NCBI GenBank assembly: GCA_964520585.1
Contig: CAZFOO010000002.1
Location: 9,672-73,671 of the forward strand
From: an uncultured Bacteroidales bacterium
GTDB taxonomy: Bacteria; Bacteroidota; Bacteroidia; Bacteroidales; PUMT01
Reading direction: 5' to 3'
DNA length: 64,000 bases
Shown here: positions 50,327 to 60,975 of the stretch, piece after piece
Layout of the letters: each line of letters starts with the position of its first letter
How positions within the stretch are numbered: position 1 is the first letter of the stretch
Made by a program: the position numbers and the translations under genes
Notes under the pieces: model-generated
Seen by the model: only the letters and a program-made list of their open reading frames with translations
Database searches by the model: none
Told to the model about the DNA's origin: nothing

Positions 50327-50659
50327 TTGTTAAACATGATGGACAGAAAAAGTAAAAAGAGCAGTATTGTATTCGGGATATTTCTTATTTTTGTTGGTAT
50401 TGCACTCCTGTTGAACAATCTGGAAATTATTCCCCGGCTGCTTCCGGAGTACATCTTTTCATGGAAAACATTGCTTGTAGCACTTGGTTTAATATTTGCA
50501 CTTACAGAAAAGGATAAAACCCCGGGTATTGTTCTGGCAGCTATTGGCTTTTATTTTCTGATACCTGATATATGGAATATTAATCCTAGTGAAGCCGGGC
50601 TCTTCTGGCCAATTTTATTTGTTGCTGTAGGTCTTTCAATACTTCTTTCAAGAAAGTAG
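50327..50659 (+). CDS. Small four-helix membrane protein (LiaI/LiaF-like TM domain?)
   Basis: 110 aa with four hydrophobic segments. The start may be the ATG at 50336. Family assignment is tentative. Confidence 0.5.
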   Translation: MLNMMDRKSKKSSIVFGIFLIFVGIALLLNNLEIIPRLLPEYIFSWKTLLVALGLIFALTEKDKTPGIVLAAIGFYFLIPDIWNINPSEAGLFWPILFVAVGLSILLSRK

Positions 50660-50804
50660 CGCTGAATCAACAAACATTATAATATGGAACCGGCATAAGA
50701 GCAGCTGGCAACATCTGTTTAAACACAAAACTGTTATAAAGCAACTAATTTTTAGTAAATTAACAGTCTAAACTCTCCTGTTTACCAACCTAATAATAAT
50801 TCAT

Positions 50805-51113
50805 ATGGCCTCATTAAAAAATGACAATCCTCAGGAAAAAACTGTAAAAAGTCATCATCTGAGCCTTATTTTGCTAATGATATTTGCTCTGCTCCTGGTT
50901 ATCTTTGCTATTCAGAACTCACATGATGTGGTAATAAGATTATGGTTCTGGAGGTTCGATACTTCTATGGCACTTGCTCTTGTAATTTCAATTATTGCAG
51001 GATTTCTTCTCTGTTCTTTATATACACTTCCACTACTACAAAGCAAAAACAAAATTATACGTTCAAAAAATAAGGAGATTGAAAAAATTAAAGCAGAAAA
51101 AAACCATTTCTGA
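50805..51113 (+). CDS. LapA family (DUF1049-like) inner-membrane protein
   Basis: Two TM helices with the FAIQNSHDVVIRLWFW motif and a basic C-terminal tail. Confidence 0.65.
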   Translation: MASLKNDNPQEKTVKSHHLSLILLMIFALLLVIFAIQNSHDVVIRLWFWRFDTSMALALVISIIAGFLLCSLYTLPLLQSKNKIIRSKNKEIEKIKAEKNHF

Positions 51114-51208
51114 AACTACACGCTGACAGATTAAAAAATTTTGCTTCTTTACAAGAGAAATTCACATTTATTTTGTAACTTATAAATAAAAATCATTCAA
51201 AGCATCGA

Positions 51209-51901
51209 ATGAGGATATGCGATATATATAAAGATTTTTTTAATCTTTTCTATCCTCGCCTTTGCACAGCATGTGATTGTGTATTGCTGAAACAGGAAAG
51301 GTATATTTGTACAAGCTGCCTTTATTACCTTCCGGAAACAAATTTTCATATGGAGAAAAATAACTCTATGGCACAGCTTTTTTGGGGCAGAGTGCTAATA
51401 GAGGAAGCATCGGCAATGTATTATTTTGAAAAAGGCGGCAAATGCAGAAAAATAATTCATCAGATTAAATATAAAGGGCATCCTGAACTTGCCCGTTATC
51501 TTGGCAATATATACGGAACTGAACTGTCGCTAATGGGAAAATATGCAAATACAGATATTCTTATACCGGTACCACTTCATCAGTCCAGGCAAAAGCAAAG
51601 AGGATTCAACCAAAGTGAATGGTTTGCGAGAGGTCTTGCGGATAGCCTTGGTAAAACAGTAATGACCGGTGTTCTGGTAAGATTTCTGGGCTCGGGAACA
51701 CAGACAAATAAATCAAGGATAGAGCGCTGGGAAAATGTGAAAAATAACTTCAGGGTGAAGTTCCCTGAAAGAATTGAAAATAAACATATTCTGCTGGTAG
51801 ATGATATTGCAACAACAGGTGCGACGTTGGAATCATGTGCCTCTGTACTGTTAAAAAATAATGGGGTAAAGGTAAGTATCATTACACTGGCTTTTGCCTG
51901 A
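51209..51901 (+). CDS. ComF family protein (phosphoribosyltransferase domain)
   Basis: N-terminal Cys pairs (CTACDC...CTSC) and the C-terminal PRTase motif ILLVDDIATTGATLE. Confidence 0.8.
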   Translation: MRICDIYKDFFNLFYPRLCTACDCVLLKQERYICTSCLYYLPETNFHMEKNNSMAQLFWGRVLIEEASAMYYFEKGGKCRKIIHQIKYKGHPELARYLGNIYGTELSLMGKYANTDILIPVPLHQSRQKQRGFNQSEWFARGLADSLGKTVMTGVLVRFLGSGTQTNKSRIERWENVKNNFRVKFPERIENKHILLVDDIATTGATLESCASVLLKNNGVKVSIITLAFA

Positions 51902-51913
51902 CCATTAACTGTA

Positions 51914-52516
51914 TCACAACTGATACTGCAAAATAAAAGAGATCACATTATTATTCTGTCCCCTGTTAAAATAGTATGTACCTCCCCCGGCATGTTTCCT
52001 GACAGGAACGATAGAATATGAAAAACGGCCATTTAAAGATAGTCTCTCTTTAAAGAACCAGGCAATCCCAGTAATTGCAGAAAATTCAGTTTTATCGAAA
52101 GGTTTTGCATCAGGCAATTCACCCAGTTCATCTTTTTCCCTTACATTAAACAGATAACCGACTGCCAGTCCACTTTCAATGGCAATTTCAGAAGTAATAA
52201 AATATCTTATACACAAAGGTATCATTATATATTTCAGGTCAATACGGTAATATTGAGGGTTTTCTATTGAAGTCTCCAGCTGGCTTCCCTTTGATGAATA
52301 ACTAATCTCCAGTTGGCCGGCCCATGAATTCATAAAAAAAGTATTGGCAAATATCCCATAAGTTGCTCCTGCTTTATTATACCCGGAAAACCCATCACCA
52401 TCTATCTGAGAAATATTAATCCCCCCGGTGATACCGGCATTAAAAGTCTGCGGATAGACAGCTTTCGTTACCAAGAAAAGTGACAACAGGATTAGGTAAT
52501 AAAGAAATATTAGCAT
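51914..52516 (-). CDS. Outer-membrane beta-barrel protein (PorT/OMP_b-brl family-like)
   Basis: Signal peptide, alternating beta-strand pattern, and a C-terminal aromatic residue context (ILQYQL). Confidence 0.6.
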   Translation of the reverse strand: MLIFLYYLILLSLFLVTKAVYPQTFNAGITGGINISQIDGDGFSGYNKAGATYGIFANTFFMNSWAGQLEISYSSKGSQLETSIENPQYYRIDLKYIMIPLCIRYFITSEIAIESGLAVGYLFNVREKDELGELPDAKPFDKTEFSAITGIAWFFKERLSLNGRFSYSIVPVRKHAGGGTYYFNRGQNNNVISFILQYQL

Positions 52517-53233
52517 TTAAATTGGATATTTTTTGCCGGTTAATTTTTCAAACAATTTCACCGTTCCTGTACTGGCTTTTTCTTTGATTATCTCAATCCG
52601 TGTCCTGCCCCCATAAATAACATCTTGAGGATCTATTAGATAGACAGGGACACCTCCAGGAACATAATCAAGTAAACTTGCAGCCGGATATACATTCAGG
52701 GAAGTCCCGATAACCACAAATAGATCCGCTTTCATTGTTATATCAATCGCAGGTTCCATAGCTGGTACAGGCTCACCGAACCAAACTACATGAGGCCTTA
52801 GTGGAAAGCCTTTTTCACACCGGTCGTCTGGTCCGATCTCCCATCCTTCAACATCATAAACCAGTTCAGGAAATTTTGTACTCTGTGCTTTCCGAAGTTC
52901 TCCATGCAAATGAAGGACCCTGCTGCTTCCTGCCCTTTCATGCAGGTCATCAATATTTTGAGTAATAATGACGACATCATAATACTTTTCCAGTTCAGCC
53001 AGTGTTATATGTGCTTTATTGGGTTTGCACTGAAGCAATTGTTTACGCCTCTCATTATAAAACTTCCGGACCAGTGCCGGATCTCTTTCCCATCCTTCTG
53101 GGCTTGCTACTTCCATGATATCGAATTCCTCCCATAACCCACCCATATCTCTGAATGTCCTAATGCCACTCTCGGCACTTACTCCGGCCCCGGTTAAAAC
53201 AACAAGATTCTTCATTTGCAAAGTATTTAGCAA
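52517..53233 (-). CDS. cobB: NAD-dependent protein deacylase (Sir2 family)
   Basis: GAGVSAESGIRTFR, QNIDDLHERAG and HLHGEL motifs. Confidence 0.85.
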   Translation of the reverse strand: MLNTLQMKNLVVLTGAGVSAESGIRTFRDMGGLWEEFDIMEVASPEGWERDPALVRKFYNERRKQLLQCKPNKAHITLAELEKYYDVVIITQNIDDLHERAGSSRVLHLHGELRKAQSTKFPELVYDVEGWEIGPDDRCEKGFPLRPHVVWFGEPVPAMEPAIDITMKADLFVVIGTSLNVYPAASLLDYVPGGVPVYLIDPQDVIYGGRTRIEIIKEKASTGTVKLFEKLTGKKYPI

Positions 53234-53607
53234 TTAGTTAATATGCTAGGCTTTATAAGAGCGGAAAGGATTTTTGCAAATTCCTGACAGTTTACTGACT
53301 GCCCGCCGGTTGTATAAATAAATTAATTAATAATTCATACGATCTATTTTGTGTTTCCGAAATATACCATCTTCGTAACAAAAAAGCAATAAAACAGTTG
53401 ATTCAATAATGAATTCTGGAAAAGGAAAATATTTCATATTGCAAAATCTGCCAGTTATTGCTCAGGGGCAGGAGCCCGAATAATTATATATAACTTGTTC
53501 TATAATTCAACTACAAACACTGTATTCTGTATTATAAAACTTATGGTTAACTTAGCACATATGGAGGATATAACATTCCTGACATCAACCATTTCAAAAT
53601 CAACCAA

Positions 53608-55539
53608 ATGATAGATCAATCAACAATTGAAAAAATTATTGACACCTCCGAAATAACAGATGTTGTTCAGGATTTTATCACACTAAAAAAGCGAGGAGTT
53701 AACTATATCGGACTTTGTCCTTTTCATAACGAAAAAACACCTTCATTTACTGTTTCTCCTTCAAAGGGTATCTTTAAATGTTTTGGGTGTGGCAAGGGAG
53801 GAAATGCTGTAAATTTTGTGATGGAACATGAACATGTTTCATGGATAGAAGCATTAAGATTTTTAGCTAAAAAATATGATATAGAAATAGTTGAGAAAGA
53901 AATATCAACCGAAGAAAAAGAAAAGCAGGATGATCGGGAAAGCATGTTGCTTGTTACAGGTTTTGCCCAAAAGTTTTTCACAGGATCTTTACATAATCAT
54001 GAGGAAGGGCTGGCCGTAGGAATGGAATATCTTAAAGAAAGGGGATACCGGCGTACAATTATTGATAAGTTTCAGCTGGGCTATTCACCCGGGAAATGGG
54101 ATAGTTTTACTTTAGAGGCACTGAAGAATGGTTTTAAAATTGAATATCTCGAGAAAACAGGACTGACAATAAGAAAAGGGGATAAAACATTTGACAGGTT
54201 CAGCGGACGTATAATTTTTCCTGTCCATTCTATCTCTGGCAAAGTACTTGCTTTTGGAGGGAGGACACTCCGGCAGGACAAAAACACTGCAAAATATCTT
54301 AATTCCCCCGAATCTGAAATATATCACAAAAGCCGCGTTTTATACGGATTATATTTTGCAAAGCGTTCAATCGTTCAAAATGATAAGTGTTATCTGGTAG
54401 AAGGCTATACCGATGTTCTTTCCTTACACCAGTCCGGCATCGAAAACGTAGTTGCATCTTCTGGTACTGCTCTTACAATTGATCAGATTAGGCTTATTAA
54501 AAGATTTACAAATAATATAACCATTTTATACGATGGAGACGAAGCAGGGTTAAAAGCTTCACTCAGAGGTATGGATCTGATTCTTGAAGAAGGCATGAAT
54601 GTTAAAATACTGCTGTTCCCCGAAGGAGAAGATCCGGATTCCTATGCCAGGAAGACAAATTCCGAAGGTTTCGGTGAATATTTGAAAAATAATGAGCTTG
54701 ATTTTGTATTATTTAAAACTCGCCTGCTTAGCGATGATGCCAAAAGCGATCCTGTTAAAAAGGCCATGATGATAAACGATATAGTCAGATCAGTTGCTAA
54801 GATCCCCGACCCTATAACAAGAATGGTCTATATAAAAGAGTGTGCCGGCATACTTGATATTGAAGAGAAGGTATTGTACACAGAAGCAGACGAGCTTAGA
54901 AAAAAGGATAATGATAAAAAACATCGTTATGTTACTCAAAAGGATTTAAATATAAAAAAAGACACCACACAATCCCCCTTCAAAACCAATACCCATGTTG
55001 AAAGAGAAATGCATGAAAGAGAAATTATCCGTCTGCTTGTCAGTCACGGACCAAAAGAATTACTCTTTCCGGAAAGTAAAAATGATGAGAAACCTGTTAC
55101 TGTTGCATATTTTATTGTAAATGAACTGGAGAGAGATGAACTCGTAATGACTAATCCGGTTTATAATATTATAATAAGTGAGTATCGAAATCTTATTGAA
55201 CAAAACGTTATCCCTTCGGAAAAAAGTTTTACCAATCACCAAAATACAGACATAAGTCAGCTTGCTGCAGATCTCTTAAGTACCTCATATGATATAAGCA
55301 GAATTTGGAAGAGAAAAGAAGCATTTGTTGAAATGGAAGAAGACAAGCTAAAAGAAATTGTCCCTTCGGCAATACTTGCTTACAAAAGTTTTATCTTACG
55401 ACAGGAATTGAAGGATACAGAAGAAAAATTAAAAGAAGCCGGAAATGAAGAATCGGTTTTACTGCAGCAGAGATACATGATACTTAAAAGCACAAACAAT
55501 CAGTTGGCCAGACAATTGGGTAACAGAATAGTTTCCTGA
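53608..55539 (+). CDS. dnaG: DNA primase
   Basis: Zinc ribbon CPFHNEKTPSFTVSPSKGIFKCFGCG, TOPRIM EGYTDV, and YDGDEAG. Confidence 0.9.
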   Translation: MIDQSTIEKIIDTSEITDVVQDFITLKKRGVNYIGLCPFHNEKTPSFTVSPSKGIFKCFGCGKGGNAVNFVMEHEHVSWIEALRFLAKKYDIEIVEKEISTEEKEKQDDRESMLLVTGFAQKFFTGSLHNHEEGLAVGMEYLKERGYRRTIIDKFQLGYSPGKWDSFTLEALKNGFKIEYLEKTGLTIRKGDKTFDRFSGRIIFPVHSISGKVLAFGGRTLRQDKNTAKYLNSPESEIYHKSRVLYGLYFAKRSIVQNDKCYLVEGYTDVLSLHQSGIENVVASSGTALTIDQIRLIKRFTNNITILYDGDEAGLKASLRGMDLILEEGMNVKILLFPEGEDPDSYARKTNSEGFGEYLKNNELDFVLFKTRLLSDDAKSDPVKKAMMINDIVRSVAKIPDPITRMVYIKECAGILDIEEKVLYTEADELRKKDNDKKHRYVTQKDLNIKKDTTQSPFKTNTHVEREMHEREIIRLLVSHGPKELLFPESKNDEKPVTVAYFIVNELERDELVMTNPVYNIIISEYRNLIEQNVIPSEKSFTNHQNTDISQLAADLLSTSYDISRIWKRKEAFVEMEEDKLKEIVPSAILAYKSFILRQELKDTEEKLKEAGNEESVLLQQRYMILKSTNNQLARQLGNRIVS

Positions 55540-55542
55540 TGG

Positions 55543-56691
55543 TCAATCCGAAATAAACAGATCTGAAATTATACCATCGGCAAAAAATTTCCCGCTTCTG
55601 CTTATAAATATTCTATTACCGTTCCTGATAAGCTTGCCATTATCCATATGATCACGGCTCTCATTTATAAAGTGACTAAGATATCCAGTCCCGAACTCTC
55701 TTTTTAACTTCTGCATATCAATGCCCCAATGGGTACGCAACGAAGTAAGTATATATTCATTATATTTATCTTTAAGGTCAAGCTTTTCATGATCACAGGG
55801 GATTATACCTTCCCGGATCTTTTTGATATACTCACTGTTATTTCTTATGTTCCATTGCCTTGAATTACCGTTGTATGAATTGGCGGAGGGACCGATTCCC
55901 AGGTAAGGTTGTTGTAACCAGTAGGAAGAATTGTGCCGGGAAATAAAACCAGGCCTGCAGAAATTTGATATCTCATAATGAATAAACCCTTCCTTTTCTG
56001 CCAGATCAATAAGCGTTTCAAACTGCTTGAAACCTTCTCCTTCATCAGGTTCTTTCATCAGACACTTTTTTACTTGATGAGCATAAACGGTTTTACTTTC
56101 AAGAGTAAGGTGATAAGCAGAAATATGTTGAATGTTACTTTTAAAAGCTATCGCCAGATTCTTAATCCATTTTTGCGCGTGCATACCCGGAAGACCATAT
56201 ATAAGATCAATACTAATATTATCAAAACCGGCAATATGGCTGTTTTTTATAGAATCAACAGCTTGATTTCCATTATGACGCCGGTTCATCCATATAAGAT
56301 CATCGTCAAAAAATGACTGGATACCAATACTTAACCTGTTAATGCCAAGTTTCTTTAATTCCACAAGATAAGGAAGGGACATGTCATCAGGGTTTGCCTC
56401 AATAGTAATTTCAACATTATCGGCAACTCTGTAATTTGACTTTATATGGAAAATAATGTTACTTAATTCAATACTGGTTAAAACCGATGGCGTTCCACCT
56501 CCAAAATAAATTGATCTTATTGATTCTGTACCCAGATATCTGTGTTGCAATTTAATTTCGTTAATCATGCAATCAAGCAATTCATCTTTGTTTCGCATAG
56601 ATACCGAGAAATGAAAATCACAGTATATGCAAACTTTCCTGCACCAGGGAATATGAATGTAGATACCAGCCACAAAATATGGATTCAGCAA
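55543..56691 (-). CDS. hemW: Radical SAM family heme chaperone HemW (oxygen-independent coproporphyrinogen oxidase-like)
   Basis: CRKVCIYCDF radical-SAM cluster motif, GGGTPS, and a HemN C-terminal domain. Confidence 0.8.
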   Translation of the reverse strand: MLNPYFVAGIYIHIPWCRKVCIYCDFHFSVSMRNKDELLDCMINEIKLQHRYLGTESIRSIYFGGGTPSVLTSIELSNIIFHIKSNYRVADNVEITIEANPDDMSLPYLVELKKLGINRLSIGIQSFFDDDLIWMNRRHNGNQAVDSIKNSHIAGFDNISIDLIYGLPGMHAQKWIKNLAIAFKSNIQHISAYHLTLESKTVYAHQVKKCLMKEPDEGEGFKQFETLIDLAEKEGFIHYEISNFCRPGFISRHNSSYWLQQPYLGIGPSANSYNGNSRQWNIRNNSEYIKKIREGIIPCDHEKLDLKDKYNEYILTSLRTHWGIDMQKLKREFGTGYLSHFINESRDHMDNGKLIRNGNRIFISRSGKFFADGIISDLFISD

Positions 56692-57146
56692 TTTATTTTC
56701 TTATCCATAACTGGTATTTTATTAATTCGTTTCACGTGACGTCCTCCTTCAAACCGGGTATTGATAAATTCATCCACAATTGATACAGCCTCCTCCCTAG
56801 TAATATATCTGCCTGGAAGGGCACATACATTAGCATCATTATGAAGCCGGACGACATGGGCTACTTCTTTTTTCCAGCATAAAGCAGATCTTATACCCTG
56901 ATATTTATTAACAACCATATTAACACCATTTCCACTTCCACAAACAACTATACCGAATGTAAATTCACCTTTTTCAACAGATCCTGCAACAGGATGTGCA
57001 AAATCAGGATAATCCGTTATATCATCAGAATATGATCCAAAATCATGATGATCCAACCCTTTTTTTTTAAGATACTCTATTATATGTTGTTTTATGTAAA
57101 ATCCTGCATGGTCAGAACCAAGAGCAATATTGACATTTTTGTCCAT
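56685..57146 (-). CDS. rpiB: Ribose-5-phosphate isomerase B
   Basis: LGSDHAGF and CGSGNG motifs. Overlaps the hemW start by 7 nt. Confidence 0.85.
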   Translation of the reverse strand: MDKNVNIALGSDHAGFYIKQHIIEYLKKKGLDHHDFGSYSDDITDYPDFAHPVAGSVEKGEFTFGIVVCGSGNGVNMVVNKYQGIRSALCWKKEVAHVVRLHNDANVCALPGRYITREEAVSIVDEFINTRFEGGRHVKRINKIPVMDKKINC

Positions 57147-57440
57147 TATTTAAATAAAGTTAAAATACAAAAATCTTAATTTTCCAATTATTTAATGATG
57201 CTGGTTACTCTGCCCGGGCATAATTTTCCATATGCTCATACAGGCACTCGGCAAAGATAAATAGCACCGACAAATCCAGGTAAACTACTTTTTAAATTCG
57301 TACGATACCGGGACTCACAAAAAATTATAAATTAAATAACTATCTATACTTTAAATACCTATTAATTAGGTACTAAATCGAATAATTTAAATCAAATAAA
57401 CCCGGTACAAATGTAGATGAATTTTTTTTCATTAAAAATT

Positions 57441-57560
57441 TCACATTGACGAATGAAAATAATTTGAATTCGTCGATTACATATCAATTTAAAATTCAAT
57501 ACAACGCAATATATTGTAAGATTATCGACCTTCAGGTAAAATTTTTTTATATGAAATTAT
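57441..57560 (-). repeat. Intergenic repeat family, copy R5 (inverted orientation)
   Basis: The reverse complement reads ...ataaaaaaattttacctgaaggtcgataatcttacaatatattgcgttg...gtaatcgacgaattcaaattattttcat. This matches R2 8420-8480 and R4 40465-40490. Confidence 0.75.
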
Positions 57561-58174
57561 TTCGGGGAGAGCGGTTCGTTACCTCCCCGCCCTTTAACAG
57601 GAGAAAATTAACATTTACTAATGATATATTGTCTGAAAAATAATTAAAAAAAAAATTGTATAGTAACATTGGCTATCGTATATAAAATATTTTCTTTTAA
57701 TCAAGTTTATATATCAATATCAACAAGCAAATAATTAACTATTATTAAACAATGAAATATCAATCATTAATTAACATTATTGTTTTTAACAATTACCAAT
57801 TTTGTTGAAATTACACTATATGTCCTTATACCTAAAACTATTATGAATTATAAAATTGTTGATAATAATTATTTTTGGTATAATTTAATGTGGATATTTA
57901 AATCATTTATATTTATAAACACAATTAACAGGATATATATACCATATATTTAAATAAAATTAAAAAAGATAATAGTATATATCGTGTTAGTAAGAATTAT
58001 TTGAATGAATTGAAATGGGCATGGAAAAATACCCTAGCTTTGTAACAGGAATGATATTTTTATATGATATTTACAATTGCACTAAAAATAAATTGTTTGT
58101 ATGTATCTGAAATTGATATTGCAAAAGATATTGTAATTATATTGAATAATAAATAATCAATTACAATTGTATAG

Positions 58175-59197
58175 ATGGATAATGATTTTGACATTAGGAA
58201 TGAGATAATTGATAATCCTGATAAAGAATTGGAATATAAACTGCGACCTGTATATTTCAATGAATTTAAAGGACAGTTGAAGACAGTTGAAAATCTTAAG
58301 GTGTTTGTTACTGCCGCAAAAATGCGGCAGGAGGCATTAGATCACGTGTTATTGCATGGACCACCAGGACTTGGGAAAACGACACTTGCAAATATTATTG
58401 CAAGTGAGATGGGCGTTAATATTAAAATTACATCAGGACCGGTACTCGATAAGCCTGGCGATCTTGCCGGTTTACTTACCGGACTTGATGAGGGTGATGT
58501 TATGTTTATTGATGAAATTCACCGGCTTAGTCCCGTTGTTGAGGAATATCTGTATTCCGCCATGGAGGATTATAAGATAGATATTATGATTGATAAGGGG
58601 CCTGGTGCCCGGTCTGTACAACTAAAACTAAATCCTTTTACCCTTATTGGTGCAACGACAAGGTCTGGATTGCTGACCAGTCCCCTGCGATCAAGATTCG
58701 GAATTAATTCACATCTTGAATATTATGATTCTGAAATTCTTGATAAAATAATTAAGAGATCAGCTGGCATTTTAAATGTATCTGTTTCTGACGATGCTTC
58801 ATTTGAAATAGCAGGAAGAAGCAGGGGTACTCCAAGAATTGCCAACGCCCTTCTCCGGCGTGTCAGAGATTTTGCGCAGGTTAAAGGAAAAGGCTTTATT
58901 GATATGCAAATTGCTAAATATTCTTTAAAGGCTTTAAATATTGATAAGAACGGTCTTGATGAAATGGATAATAAGATTCTTATGACCGTTATTGAAAAAT
59001 TTGGGGGCGGTCCTGTTGGTATTTCTACTATAGCTACTTCTATTGGTGAAGATGCAGGGACTATAGAAGAGGTTTATGAACCATTTTTAATTAAAGAAGG
59101 ATATATTAAAAGGACCCCAAGGGGAAGGGAAATTACATCACTAGGTTATCAGCATCTTGGAAAAAATATGCCTGGTCGTGAAAACCTGTTATTTTAA
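58175..59197 (+). CDS. ruvB: Holliday junction branch-migration helicase RuvB
   Basis: Walker [10 protein letters not shown], Walker B MFIDEIH, sensor and arginine-finger context, and a winged-helix C-terminus. Confidence 0.9.
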   Translation: MDNDFDIRNEIIDNPDKELEYKLRPVYFNEFKGQLKTVENLKVFVTAAKMRQEALDHVLLHGPPGLGKTTLANIIASEMGVNIKITSGPVLDKPGDLAGLLTGLDEGDVMFIDEIHRLSPVVEEYLYSAMEDYKIDIMIDKGPGARSVQLKLNPFTLIGATTRSGLLTSPLRSRFGINSHLEYYDSEILDKIIKRSAGILNVSVSDDASFEIAGRSRGTPRIANALLRRVRDFAQVKGKGFIDMQIAKYSLKALNIDKNGLDEMDNKILMTVIEKFGGGPVGISTIATSIGEDAGTIEEVYEPFLIKEGYIKRTPRGREITSLGYQHLGKNMPGRENLLF

Positions 59198-59411
59198 AAT
59201 GGATGATTATTTATTAACTTGATATATACATTTTTTTTATAAATCAGTTAATGTGTTAGTATGTGAATTTAAAATTTTACAATGGAAAATTGTTCTAAAT
59301 GCGCTTGGAGTTAAAATAAATTTGCCATATTTGCTTTAAAATAGTTTCATACTAAAATCATTTTGAAAATTTTTATATAAATTTGATATTTTAAACTTTT
59401 AAATATTTAAT

Positions 59412-59582
59412 ATGAAACAATTGATTCGGAACCTGGGTTTAATTTTGTTTATTATTGCTGTTGCTTTGCTGGTTTATGGAACCAACAGCTCAATGACAAG
59501 CAATACTATCTTAATAGCCAGCGGTGCAATGATTATATTGGGATTAATTGTTCATGTTATTATGAACAAAAAGATGGATTAA
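59412..59582 (+). CDS. Small two-TM membrane protein (56 aa), absent from the ORF track
   Basis: Hand translation: MKQLIRNLGLILFIIAVALLVYGTNSSMTSNTILIASGAMIILGLIVHVIMNKKMD. Two clear hydrophobic helices with positive charges at both ends. Confidence 0.4.
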   Translation: MKQLIRNLGLILFIIAVALLVYGTNSSMTSNTILIASGAMIILGLIVHVIMNKKMD

Positions 59583-59594
59583 TAATTAGCATCG

Positions 59595-60299
59595 CTAAAA
59601 AACATTTCCTGCCTTTTTTAGTCCCTTGATATCCAGAAGTTTTATCCGTCTGCCATGCAATTCAATCAATTTATCTGACTTGAATTCAGATAATAACCTG
59701 ATTACCGATTCTGTAGCTGTGCCTACTATATTAGCAAGTTCCTCACGTGTAAGGGTTATTTTTAGAAACTGCTCATCATCCAGATCAAAATTGTTCTTAA
59801 GGTGAATAAGTACTTCAGCAAGTCTTTCACGAACTGTTTTTTGGGCTATATCTGTTATGTATGCATTGGATTCACCAAGTTCCTTACATGCAAGCTGCAT
59901 CAGGTCCATTGAAAAGTCTCCGTTACTTTTGAATAGTTTGATCAGGGTATCTGCAGGAATAAAGCAAAGATGAGAATCTTCTATTACTTTTGCTGAGGTG
60001 CAGGCTAGCTCTCCGCTTAGAACCGAGCGGAATCCTATTATATCCCCCTTTTTGGCAAATGTTATTATTTGTTCTTTTCCGTCTATTCCGGTTTTATATA
60101 TCTTAATAATACCATCATTTACGCAATAACAACCAGATATCCTGTTGCCTTCATGATAAATAACTGAACCTTTTTTATAGGGTACGCAATTTTTATCAAG
60201 CGAGAGAAATTCGTATTCTTCTGGACTTAAATGCCTGAATATATTTTGAAATTTATTTGTACAATTTTCACATGAAGATATTGAAGAGTTATTTTTCAT
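59595..60299 (-). CDS. Crp/Fnr family transcriptional regulator
   Basis: cNMP-binding beta-roll followed by the C-terminal HTH REELANIVGTATESVIRLLSEF. Confidence 0.8.
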   Translation of the reverse strand: MKNNSSISSCENCTNKFQNIFRHLSPEEYEFLSLDKNCVPYKKGSVIYHEGNRISGCYCVNDGIIKIYKTGIDGKEQIITFAKKGDIIGFRSVLSGELACTSAKVIEDSHLCFIPADTLIKLFKSNGDFSMDLMQLACKELGESNAYITDIAQKTVRERLAEVLIHLKNNFDLDDEQFLKITLTREELANIVGTATESVIRLLSEFKSDKLIELHGRRIKLLDIKGLKKAGNVF

Positions 60300-60525
60300 G
60301 AGAATTCAGTGTATTAATAGTTATGACCTGGTGCTTTGAATTACAAATAATATACAATTAATAAAACAGAAATAATTATAATTAATTGCAATTTAATTAT
60401 CTATAAATATATAAAAACTATAATAAATGGTAAAAGTAAAATATGAGACTATAAATATATTATGATTTGTTTGTTATAAATAATAAATTTGTAAAATTAG
60501 TAAAATAAATTAAATAAGGTTCTCT

Positions 60526-60942
60526 ATGAAATCAGTTGTTGAAGTTAAATGGAATGGAAGAAAAAATTTTTCAGCCGCTATTGATGATCATACAATAATC
60601 ATGGATCTGGATGAAGAAAGAGGAGGAAATAATGAAGGTCCGCGACCAAAACCCTTGATGTTAGCTTCTTTAGGTGGTTGTTCAGGCCTTGATGTTATTT
60701 CAATTCTTGGTAAGATGAAAATTGAGCCTGATTATTTTAATATGCATATTGAAGGTGAGCAGACTGAAGATTTGCCGAAAAGATATGATAAAATTAAAAT
60801 AATATATGAATTTAAAGGAAAGGGATTATCTCTGGAAAAAATCAAAAAGGCTATAGAGTTATCGCAGGATAAATACTGTGGTGTTAGTGCTGTGTACAGA
60901 AAAAGTATCGATATAAGTTATGAAATAAGGATTGATGAATAA
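60526..60942 (+). CDS. OsmC family protein (peroxiredoxin-like)
   Basis: 138 aa with two conserved Cys contexts (LGGCSGLDV and DKYCGVSA). Confidence 0.8.
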   Translation: MKSVVEVKWNGRKNFSAAIDDHTIIMDLDEERGGNNEGPRPKPLMLASLGGCSGLDVISILGKMKIEPDYFNMHIEGEQTEDLPKRYDKIKIIYEFKGKGLSLEKIKKAIELSQDKYCGVSAVYRKSIDISYEIRIDE

Positions 60943-60975
60943 ATGATCAATTTAATCAGATAAACCTCAAATTAT

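Noticed and set aside
57650-58170. CRISPR or tandem-repeat array in the AT-rich stretch
   Set aside because: No regularly spaced direct repeats of 20 nt or more, only short low-complexity reiterations. No cas genes are in the window.
57147-58174. Replication origin (oriC) hypothesis for the AT-rich region
   Set aside because: I found only one near-match to a DnaA box (TGTGGATAT, about 57890-57898), no cluster of boxes and no dnaA nearby. It cannot be excluded without genome-wide GC skew, but it is unsupported here.
60483-60490. TAAATTTG as a -7 promoter element for the OsmC gene
   Set aside because: It is an exact TAnnTTTG, but the nearest upstream TTTG elements are only 9-13 nt away rather than 19-21 nt. 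In such AT-rich DNA a lone match is expected by chance.
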